In this document: positions 49,736 through 57,742 of the stretch, piece after piece
How the letters are laid out: every line of letters starts with the position of its first letter
How positions within the stretch are numbered: the first letter of the stretch is position 1
Source of the DNA: Bacteroidales bacterium
Lineage (GTDB): Bacteria > Bacteroidota > Bacteroidia > Bacteroidales > VadinHA17
Assembly (NCBI GenBank): GCA_021371855.1
Contig: JAJFVL010000052.1
Span: 72,969 to 136,968 of the forward strand
DNA: 64,000 bases
Direction of reading: 5' to 3'
Program-made: the position numbers and the translations under genes
Notes under the pieces: model-generated
Told to the model about the DNA's origin: nothing
What the model saw: only the letters and a program-made list of their open reading frames with translations
The model's database searches: none

Positions 49736-50812
49736 ATGGCAAAACGGCTAATACTTACAATCAACCCAGGTTCTACCTCAACTAAGTTTGCACTTTTTGA
49801 AGAAGGTAATCTGATTTTTGAAAAGAATGTACGTCACTTACCTGAAGAGATTGCTTCATTTGAAAAAATTGCCGACCAGTTCCGTTTCAGGAAGGATCAT
49901 ATAATGAATGAACTCATTGAAAGGAAAATTGACACTGCACGTATTGCGGCGGTTGTCGGAAGAGGAGGATTGGTCAAACCCATTGAATCAGGTGTTTATA
50001 GGATAAATGCACGGTTGAAAGAGGATCTTGAAACAGGAATCCTTGGCCAGCATGCATGTAACCTCGGAGGCTTGATTGCCGATGATATTGCTTCCTCGTT
50101 GCCAAATGCGGCTGCGTTTGTTGTCGATCCTGTTGTTGTTGATGAACTCCAGCCAGTAGCACGGATTTCAGGTCACCCCGAAATCGAAAGAAAATCTATT
50201 TTTCATGCTCTGAACCATAAAGCTGTTGGCAGGATGTATGCCTTTTCCATCGGCAGGAGATATGAAGAAATGAACATGATTATTGTTCATATGGGAGGAG
50301 GAGTAAGCGTCGGAGCTCACCAAAAGGGCAGGGTAATCGACGTAAACAATGCCCTGTATGGCGATGGACCTTTTTCTCCTGAACGATCGGGAGGACTGCC
50401 TTCAGGTCAGCTGGTTGATCTTTGCTTCGATGGCAGGTTCACGAAAGCTGAACTTAAAACGATGATTACTGGAAAAGGAGGAATGATAGCCTATCTGGGG
50501 ACTAATGATTTTCAGAAAGTTTGTATCGATGCGGATAACGGGAATGAAAAAGCCGCACTTATCAGAGATGCTGCTGCCTACCAGGTAAGCAAAGAAATTG
50601 GCGCCATGGCGGCAGTTCTGCATGGAAATGTTGATGTGATTATTCTTACAGGCGGTATGGCATACCAGGATTCACATGTTAAAAAAATTGAATCGATGGT
50701 GAAATTCATCGCCAGTGTGTATGTTCATCCGGGGGAGGGCGAGATCAATGCATTGGCTTTCAACGGCCTTTTAGCCCTCGATGGTAAGGTCGATATTAAA
50801 ACATACTCTTAG
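49736..50812 (+). CDS. buk: Butyrate kinase
   Basis: 358 aa with motifs ILTINPGSTSTKFA, HMGGGVSVGAH and ILTGGMAY. Confidence 0.93.
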   Translation: MAKRLILTINPGSTSTKFALFEEGNLIFEKNVRHLPEEIASFEKIADQFRFRKDHIMNELIERKIDTARIAAVVGRGGLVKPIESGVYRINARLKEDLETGILGQHACNLGGLIADDIASSLPNAAAFVVDPVVVDELQPVARISGHPEIERKSIFHALNHKAVGRMYAFSIGRRYEEMNMIIVHMGGGVSVGAHQKGRVIDVNNALYGDGPFSPERSGGLPSGQLVDLCFDGRFTKAELKTMITGKGGMIAYLGTNDFQKVCIDADNGNEKAALIRDAAAYQVSKEIGAMAAVLHGNVDVIILTGGMAYQDSHVKKIESMVKFIASVYVHPGEGEINALAFNGLLALDGKVDIKTYS

Positions 50813-51498
50813 GGATTGTTGCTTGCTACTGGTAAAATCTTCCCGTTAAAATAATTCTGGCCTCTTAACGCAAAGTCACAAATATATTCTGCCATCTCTT
50901 TTGCATTGACAGGTGCTTTGTGACCAGGAAAAGCCTCTTCAAACATTTCTGTCTGTACTGAACCTAACGCCAGACAGTTGACTCTGACCCCGGAATCCAT
51001 AAATTCTGTTGCCAAACACTCTGAGAAGCAAGCTAATGCCGCTTTTGTTGCACTGTAATATGAAAGTCCTTTGTACTTTGAACTGCCCTGGAAACCTCCC
51101 ATACTTGAAATGTTTACTATATGAGATCCCTCGTGCATAAGAGGCTTTACAATTCTGATAACTGAAGAAGGCCCGATAAAGTTTGTTTCCATCATCAGCC
51201 TGGCTTCTGTGCTGGTCGTTTTTGTAATTTCTTTCGCAATCAGCAATCCTGCCATATTAATAAGAATATCGACATACCTGAAATGACCGCTTACAGCTTT
51301 TTCAAACATTTCAGCTTGCTTGTCAAAGACTGAAAGGTCTAAAGGCAATGCATGAACATTCTTAAAGCCGGATGAAAGACTTTTCAGGGCTTTTTCATTC
51401 CTTCCGGTAACAAGAATCTGGTTGTTAATATCTTTTGCCAGATAAAGGACTACCTCTTTCCCAATGCCCCGGGTGCCACCGTTAACTATAATATTCAT
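50809..51498 (-). CDS. SDR-family oxidoreductase
   Basis: 229 aa with the NGGTRGIGK nucleotide loop and the catalytic YYSATKAAL (YxxxK). Its stop codon overlaps the buk stop codon. Confidence 0.85.
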   Translation of the reverse strand: MNIIVNGGTRGIGKEVVLYLAKDINNQILVTGRNEKALKSLSSGFKNVHALPLDLSVFDKQAEMFEKAVSGHFRYVDILINMAGLLIAKEITKTTSTEARLMMETNFIGPSSVIRIVKPLMHEGSHIVNISSMGGFQGSSKYKGLSYYSATKAALACFSECLATEFMDSGVRVNCLALGSVQTEMFEEAFPGHKAPVNAKEMAEYICDFALRGQNYFNGKILPVASNNP

Positions 51499-51718
51499 TT
51501 TTTAACTTTGAATTGAAATTTAACTGCCTGACGAAAATCATCCTTCTAAGATATTAATTTATTACTTCATTGATATCCACTTAAATATAATTGATTTTTA
51601 ACTGTATACAATTTAGTTCTTTGACATCTTGGCAATCTTGGTTTGTAAGTAGTTCTATTAGAGGCGTTTTGATTAAATTTGACATGTTGAAATTTTGGAG
51701 AATTCTGCAGTTTGTTTT

Positions 51719-51842
51719 AATTACCGTTGGCTTTAGCCAACGGATCAGGAAATACCAAAAGTACGGGCTTTAGCCCTCAAATGAAGGACTAAAGTCCCTA
51801 TGGATGAGGTTGATATGCCGTTGGCTAAAGCCAACGGTAATT
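51719..51842. repeat. Nested-hairpin element with perfect 25-bp terminal inverted repeats (REP/MITE-like)
   Basis: AATTACCGTTGGCTTTAGCCAACGG (51719-51743) is the exact reverse complement of CCGTTGGCTAAAGCCAACGGTAATT (51818-51842). Each arm is itself a hairpin (CCGTTGGC-TTTA-GCCAACGG). Two mini-hairpins, GGGCTTTAGCCC (51765-51776) and GGACTAAAGTCC (51786-51797), lie between them. Confidence 0.85.
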
Positions 51843-52131
51843 GAACGAAATTTTATACCAATTTGAATCTGAGGAGTATTTCATTTCAAATCGTCACCTT
51901 ATCAAAAACAACTGCAACCTCGATGTATTCAAGATTTCAAAGAATGATATTTAATTTTTAGTGGACACTAAGTTATTACTTATTGAGTAATTGCAGAAGA
52001 TGAGCTTTTTCATGAACTATAATTAATTATAAAATATTAGTTGAAACGCATTTGTATATACCATATATTTAGCTTTTGCCGTATATTTGGGAAAAATTGG
52101 TTTTGCTAAGCTGAAATAATTAATAAATCTT

Positions 52132-52938
52132 ATGACTGAGATGACTGATCATAAAGTGTCAATAATAGGATGTGGCAATATAGGATTATCGTTGTTGAAA
52201 GGATTGATAAGAAACAATGCCATCCCTGCAAAGAATATAACTGCGACCAGAAGGAATATTCAGGAACTGAATAATTTAAAGGAATACGGAGTCAGATTGA
52301 CAACAGATAATGTCAGTGCTGTTGAAGGATCCGATTTGATTATTGTGGCCGTAAAACCATATAACATTATAAATATCCTTAAATCGATAAAGGAGCATCT
52401 CGATCCGGAGAGACATATCCTGATATCTGTTACTACCGGTATTACTCTCAGCCAGATTCAGGATGTAATTCAAATTTCAATGCCTGTATTCAGAGCAATG
52501 CCAAATATATCTGCCAGCGTAGGGAAAGCAGTTACTTGTATATGCCACAACGGAGCGGATGAACAAGATATCGAATCTGTAAAATACCTGTTTGATAATA
52601 TGGGTACCACGATGAGTATCGATGAAGAACTGATGGAATCGGCAACAATACTGGGATCCTGCGGCATTGCATATGTCCTTAGATTTATAAGAGCAATGAT
52701 CCAGGGCGGTATTCAGATCGGATTTGATGCAAAAACAGCAAGTGCAATCGTGAATCAGACGGTGAAAGGAGCTGCAGAATTATTAATAGACAGCAATGAA
52801 CATCCTGAGTATGAGATTGATAAAGTTACAACGCCAAAGGGATGCACGATAGTTGGACTAAACGAAATGGAACATAATGGATTCAGCTCATCACTGATAA
52901 AAGGGATTATTGCTTCATACGAAAAAATTGAAAAATAA
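52132..52938 (+). CDS. proC: Pyrroline-5-carboxylate reductase
   Basis: 268 aa with the IIGCGNIG NADP fold and a P5CR C-terminal region (VTTPKGCT). A TATATTTG -7-like box lies at about 52082-52089. Confidence 0.9.
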   Translation: MTEMTDHKVSIIGCGNIGLSLLKGLIRNNAIPAKNITATRRNIQELNNLKEYGVRLTTDNVSAVEGSDLIIVAVKPYNIINILKSIKEHLDPERHILISVTTGITLSQIQDVIQISMPVFRAMPNISASVGKAVTCICHNGADEQDIESVKYLFDNMGTTMSIDEELMESATILGSCGIAYVLRFIRAMIQGGIQIGFDAKTASAIVNQTVKGAAELLIDSNEHPEYEIDKVTTPKGCTIVGLNEMEHNGFSSSLIKGIIASYEKIEK

Positions 52939-53088
52939 GAAGCTTTATATCAATAATTTACTTGACAAGATCAAATGTTTACCATTTCTCGTACAATTAA
53001 TCTTTAACATAAAAGAATACTGATCGTGCATATGAAAAGTGAAATTTTTCCGTTTATTTGCAGTATTTACATATAAAGTTTCAAATTT

Positions 53089-53703
53089 GTGAGTATGAAT
53101 CTTAGTAATATCGATGCCTCCTTCAGGTGCCATTCAAGAAATTGTTTTTTTACAGTTATGTTATTATTTGCATCTGTTTCAACAATTTTTGGTCAGGAAT
53201 TCCTCGATCGGGATGTCGTTGAAGAAAAACCGCCTTTGAAAGAGAGGTTGTTCTATGGCGGTAACTTCGGATTACAATTCGGAACAATCACTGATATACA
53301 GGTTTCACCTGTTGTTGGATTATGGGTATTGCCCCGCCTTGCATTTGCAGTGGGACCCGATTACAGATATTATAAGGACCCTTATGATGAAACTAATATA
53401 TATGGAGGAAAAGGTTATTTGCAATTCGTTGTAATTAAAGATATTAGTACTATTATTCCTGGTGTGTCACATACAGGTATTTTTCTGCATGTTGAAGATG
53501 AACTTCTGAGCCTTGAGTCTTCCTTTTTTAAGGGCGATTCGTTTTCCGGCAGGTTCTTTACAAATGCCTTGCTTGCTGGTGCAGGGATTAGTCAACCCAT
53601 AGGCAAAAGATCTTCATTGAATATTATGCTCTTGTGGGCTTTATATAATCCAGATTATGGACTTTATAATAATCCGGAAATGCGAATTAGTTTTAATTTC
53701 TGA
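53089..53703 (+). CDS. Hypothetical small outer-membrane beta-barrel-like protein
   Basis: 204 aa with a GTG start (Met3 at 53095 is also possible) and a signal-like segment ...VMLLFASVSTIFGQ. It shows alternating hydrophobic strands and a C-terminal ...RISFNF, the terminal Phe being typical of OMPs. I recognise no family. Confidence 0.6.
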   Translation: MSMNLSNIDASFRCHSRNCFFTVMLLFASVSTIFGQEFLDRDVVEEKPPLKERLFYGGNFGLQFGTITDIQVSPVVGLWVLPRLAFAVGPDYRYYKDPYDETNIYGGKGYLQFVVIKDISTIIPGVSHTGIFLHVEDELLSLESSFFKGDSFSGRFFTNALLAGAGISQPIGKRSSLNIMLLWALYNPDYGLYNNPEMRISFNF

Positions 53704-53851
53704 CTATTATCAATTTGTCGGGTCTTACCTGATTTATCCCCAATTATCTTAAAATTCATTAAATATAGTTTGCCTGCAGGCATATATAAATTATATTTGA
53801 GCCTTTTTTAAAGTTGAAATAATGTTGACATAAACTTGAAATAAAGTTGAA

Positions 53852-54397
53852 ATGAAAATTGAAAAGAATAAAATGGTCTCTCTTATATATGAATTGAGGG
53901 AAAATGACTCTAAAGGCAGAATAATTGAAACACTTGATGAAACCCGGCCGCTGAAATTTGTCTTTGGCTCCGGTAGACTGCTTCCTGATTTTGAATCAAA
54001 CATAGATTCATTGAATAACGGTGATCTTTTCAGCTTTGCTTTGAATTCTGAAAAGGCTTATGGTGAAAAAAGGGAAGAGATGATTGTAAATGTTCCGATT
54101 AATGTTTTTGAAAAGGATGGGAAATTCAATGAAGAAATCTACAAAGTAGGGAGCGAGGTACAGATGATGGATACCGAGGGAAATCCTTTGAGTGGAATAA
54201 TCAATGAAATTACGGATGCATTCGTCATAATGGATTTCAACCATCCTATGGCCGGGGTTGATCTTTTTTTCTCTGGAAAGGTTGTTGATGTTCGCGATGC
54301 TACTGAAGAAGAACTTGCAGCTCTGAATCATTCATGCTCTTGCTCATCTTGTGGCAGCAGCTGCGAAAGCGAATGCTCAGGTGGTTCATGCTGCTAA
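53852..54397 (+). CDS. slyD: FKBP-type peptidyl-prolyl isomerase SlyD-like, with Cys/Ser-rich C-terminal tail
   Basis: 181 aa with an FKBP core plus an insert-in-flap region (LIYELRENDSKGRIIETLDE...FVFGSGRLLPDFE...MDFNHPMAG). The tail is NHSCSCSSCGSSCESECSGGSCC. Confidence 0.88.
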   Translation: MKIEKNKMVSLIYELRENDSKGRIIETLDETRPLKFVFGSGRLLPDFESNIDSLNNGDLFSFALNSEKAYGEKREEMIVNVPINVFEKDGKFNEEIYKVGSEVQMMDTEGNPLSGIINEITDAFVIMDFNHPMAGVDLFFSGKVVDVRDATEEELAALNHSCSCSSCGSSCESECSGGSCC

Positions 54398-54417
54398 GTC
54401 AGTAATCCTGAAAAATT

Positions 54418-55653
54418 CTATATCTTAAGATCTTCTCCTTCTGATTTTGCCACTATAACTGCACAACATGAATCACCATATACATTAATTGTGGTACGGA
54501 ACATATCCAGTATACGATCTACTGCGAGGATAAGGCCAATGCCCTCAAGTGGCAGACCAACAGCATTAAGAACTACGGTCATCATGACTAATCCGGCCAT
54601 AGGAATACCGGCGGATCCAATAGCGGCCAGAAGTGCGGTGAATATGACTATTAACTGTTGTCCCATAGTAAGGTCAATTCCATAAGCCTGGGCAATAAAT
54701 ATCACTGCAACACACTCATAAAGGGCCGTACCATTCATATTTACAGTGGCTCCAAGTGGTAAAGTAAAACTGGCAATCTTGTTCGAAACACCATCTTCGA
54801 ACTCCACAGCTTTCATCGTCAGAGGAAGAGTTGCGTTTGATGATGATGTTGAAAAGGCTGTCAGTAAAGGTGTTGCCATGTTTTTCATGTGTTTTACCGG
54901 ATTCGATTTTCCCAGCAATTTTACCGATAGAGGAAGTGTTATAAAACCATGAATGAGCAAACCAACCAACACTGTTATAAAGAAAAGTCCTAACCTGCTT
55001 ATAACTTCACTTATCTCGTTTCCTTGCAGAACCTGCTGTGCAATAACTTTGGCTGTGATGCTGAATATCCCCAGTGGTGTAAACTTTATAATGAAAAGGG
55101 TGATTTTCATTATAATATCAAGTGCAGCATTAATAACATCAGTGATCAGGATCCGGGGTTTTTCATCTATCTTTGTAATAAAAAAGCCAAAAAAAATAGC
55201 AAAGAATATTATAGAAAGCATCTGACCCTGCATCAGTGCTTCAAAAATGTTTGATGGAATAATCTTAATAAGCGTTGAGCCAAAACTATCTGAAATTGCT
55301 GATATATCTTCAACCGGCGCTTTAAATCCCAGTTCAGCTCCAACCCCCGGTTTAATTGTTCTGACAAGCACAAATCCGGTAATGATCGCTGCCAATGTTG
55401 AAAAGATATAATAGGTCATTGTTTTTAAACCAAGGCGGCCAAGATTATCGGCATTTCCTGCACTGGCAACTCCTGTTGTGATTGAACATAGAATAAGAGG
55501 GATAATTATCATATTCAGAGAACGGAGAAAGATCACTCCGATCCAATTGGTATAGGTTGTCGTTTCAGGGAAAAAATATCCAAAAAATCCACCTGCAATA
55601 AGGGTTATAATAATCTGGTAATGTAAAGGGATTGAAAATCTAAATCTGGTCAT
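54418..55653 (-). CDS. Dicarboxylate/amino acid:cation symporter (DAACS family)
   Basis: 411 aa with multiple TM segments. The SSSNATLP and VDRILDMFRT motifs are typical of the family. Confidence 0.9.
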   Translation of the reverse strand: MTRFRFSIPLHYQIIITLIAGGFFGYFFPETTTYTNWIGVIFLRSLNMIIIPLILCSITTGVASAGNADNLGRLGLKTMTYYIFSTLAAIITGFVLVRTIKPGVGAELGFKAPVEDISAISDSFGSTLIKIIPSNIFEALMQGQMLSIIFFAIFFGFFITKIDEKPRILITDVINAALDIIMKITLFIIKFTPLGIFSITAKVIAQQVLQGNEISEVISRLGLFFITVLVGLLIHGFITLPLSVKLLGKSNPVKHMKNMATPLLTAFSTSSSNATLPLTMKAVEFEDGVSNKIASFTLPLGATVNMNGTALYECVAVIFIAQAYGIDLTMGQQLIVIFTALLAAIGSAGIPMAGLVMMTVVLNAVGLPLEGIGLILAVDRILDMFRTTINVYGDSCCAVIVAKSEGEDLKI

Positions 55654-55970
55654 CGAAATAGTTATTATTTTATTGCGACAAAGGAAATTAATTTTTCAGG
55701 AAATCCCTTTTAAATAAGGTAATATTTTGGTTTCGGCGAAAAATTATTAACCTCATGAGAATTCAATATTTGAACAAGACCAGAGGGAGGTCCGTAATTA
55801 TTAACTTCTGAGGAATGCATCAAATAAAATTCACTTTCATCAGAAATCCATATTATATCAGAAAAAATATGGTATGGATAAAAATTCCGTTATCTGATTA
55901 ATGCTTTTTCTTAAATCGTCTCTCAATTCAATATATAACCTACAATTTCAGACAGACTTGAAATTATTCA

Positions 55971-56446
55971 TTACAACTGTGATTTTAGAAGTTACAGATT
56001 ACAACAGTCAATAATTAAATGTGCATTCACGAAAGTTACATATGTGATCATGAAGATTATTATTTAAAATTACAGATGTAACCAGATTGATTTATCCTGT
56101 TGGATTACATAAGTAACTAAATCAAATAACATTTGTTAATTAATTTTAAAACAATAAATATCAATACGTTATATGTCACGATCTAATTTTATTCATTAAG
56201 TAAATGTATTAATTACAGGTAGATATGGCTATAAAATGTTAGAAAAACATATTATAACATTAAATACCAAATATATAGATAACTAAACTCAAGTTCTGCG
56301 ATAAATAAATCAATAAATTAAGGTGCAAAAAATCAGCAATATAACAAATGTAAAGGGTATTAAATAGATTGAAACATTTTTTCTAAATTACATTTGTAAA
56401 TCATATAAAGTTACATGTGTAAATTTAAAATGATTTACATTTGTAA
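55971..56446. promoter_or_regulatory. Array of TTACA-NN-TGTAA palindromes (candidate operator array) upstream of the XRE-type regulator
   Basis: Perfect copies: TTACAGATGTAA (~56070), TTACATTTGTAA (~56388), TTACATGTGTAA (~56411) and TTACATTTGTAA (~56435). One- or two-mismatch copies lie at ~55971, ~56036, ~56105 and ~56127. The last three perfect copies are spaced 23-24 bp apart, and the final one ends 18 nt before the ATG at 56464. TACATTTG inside two of the copies also matches the TAnnTTTG -7 box. Confidence 0.6.
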
Positions 56447-56463
56447 TGCTAATAATTACATAA

Positions 56464-56913
56464 ATGAAAGAACGGTTACTTGAATTTCTTAAGGTTGAAA
56501 ATAAATCCTCAGCCCAGTTAGCCGAGGAAATAGGAGTTCAGCCTTCGGGGATCTCCCATATCCTGTCGGGAAGGAATAACCCAAGCCTTGATTTTGTATT
56601 GAAAATGCTTGAAAAATATAGGTTCCTTTCAACCGAATGGTTGTTATTTGGCACCGGTTCTATGTATAAAGATACTAAAATGCAGTCTCTGTTTGATGAA
56701 AGCTTCTTAACTGAAAAGGAAAAGGACAGAAAAGAGCCTGCAAATGAGAAAATTACAAAAGAATTAGAGTTTAATGATGATAATGTTGATGAAATTAAGA
56801 CTGATCAGCCAGTTACGATAAAAACAAATTCTCCGTCGGTTGAGAGAATAGTATGGTTTTTTGATGACAAAAGTTTTGTTGAATATTTTCCTGATGAACG
56901 AAATCAAAAATAA
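56464..56913 (+). CDS. XRE/Cro-C1-type helix-turn-helix transcriptional regulator
   Basis: 149 aa with an N-terminal HTH (SSAQLAEEIGVQPSGISHILSGRNNPSLDFVLKMLEKY). I recognise no domain in the C-terminal ~75 aa. Confidence 0.85.
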   Translation: MKERLLEFLKVENKSSAQLAEEIGVQPSGISHILSGRNNPSLDFVLKMLEKYRFLSTEWLLFGTGSMYKDTKMQSLFDESFLTEKEKDRKEPANEKITKELEFNDDNVDEIKTDQPVTIKTNSPSVERIVWFFDDKSFVEYFPDERNQK

Positions 56914-56974
56914 TACCCTGGTTTAATTTTCTGAAATCAGTCATTAAAATTATCTTTGTGCAAAATTCATACTG

Positions 56975-57742
56975 ATGGCGAAGCGCATAGAAGATCTTAA
57001 AGTAATTGAAAATAAGCGCCTTACTAATGATTTTTTTATCCTGAAACTTTTGTCCGGAAGCAAACTTCCCGACTTAAAACCAGGTCAGTTTGCACAGGTG
57101 AAAGTTGAAGGTAGTTCTGAAACATTTCTCAGACGTCCTATTTCAATTCATGATGTTGATTTTGAGCTGAATACATTTAAATTGTTGGTTCAGGAGGTAG
57201 GAAAGGGAACTAAAACTCTGTCTAAACTTGAAAAAGGCAGTTTGCTGAATCTTATATATCCTCTTGGTAACTCCTTTTCTTTACCGGATAAAAATGAACA
57301 TATACTTCTTGTTGGAGGCGGCTGTGGTGTTGCGCCTTTATTGTATCTTGGAAAATATTTAAAATCAAATGGTTATACTCCGGATGTTCTTCTGGGTTTT
57401 AGAAATAGCGAGCGGATATTAGAGTATGAGGAATACCTGAAAATAGGAGAGGTCTTTCTTACAACTGAAGATGGTTCCAGTGGAGAAACAGGCTATGTGA
57501 CAAACCATTCTGTTCTTTTATCCCGACGATTCGACAGAGTTTACTGCTGCGGACCAGATTCAATGATGAAGGCAATTGCTCGATATTGTAATAAAAATAA
57601 TGTTGCCTGTGAAGTATCGCTCGAAAATCTGATGGCATGTGGTATCGGAGCTTGTTTATGCTGTGTTGTCGATACAATCAGCGGCCATCGTTGCACCTGT
57701 ACCGATGGACCTGTTTTTAATATAAAAGAATTAAAATGGTAA
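56975..57742 (+). CDS. pyrK: Dihydroorotate dehydrogenase (class 1B) electron-transfer subunit
   Basis: 255 aa with an FAD/NAD fold ([17 protein letters not shown]) and a C-terminal 2Fe-2S cluster (CGIGACLCC...C). A TATCTTTG -7-like box lies at about 56951-56958. Confidence 0.9.
   Translation: MAKRIEDLKVIENKRLTNDFFILKLLSGSKLPDLKPGQFAQVKVEGSSETFLRRPISIHDVDFELNTFKLLVQEVGKGTKTLSKLEKGSLLNLIYPLGNSFSLPDKNEHILLVGGGCGVAPLLYLGKYLKSNGYTPDVLLGFRNSERILEYEEYLKIGEVFLTTEDGSSGETGYVTNHSVLLSRRFDRVYCCGPDSMMKAIARYCNKNNVACEVSLENLMACGIGACLCCVVDTISGHRCTCTDGPVFNIKELKW

Noticed and set aside
51591-51773. A 60-aa ORF lies in the SDR/proC intergenic region.
   Set aside because: It reads straight through the inverted-repeat hairpin element and ends inside a mini-hairpin. 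Its peptide (…ITVGFSQRIRKYQKYGL) looks like a translation artefact of the repeat.
55700-55880. A short minus-strand reading frame (…IWISDESEFYLMHSSEVNNYGPPSGLVQILNSHEVNNFSPKPKYYLI*) lies downstream of the DAACS transporter start region.
   Set aside because: It is under 60 aa with no convincing start codon or recognisable family. It may be a gene remnant, but I cannot support that.
55654-56463. The AT-rich 810-bp gap was considered as a replication origin or prophage immunity region.
   Set aside because: I could find no TTATCCACA-type DnaA boxes; the best match, TTATCCTGT, has only 6 of 9 positions. No dnaA or dnaN lies nearby, and no phage, integrase or excisionase genes flank the XRE gene.
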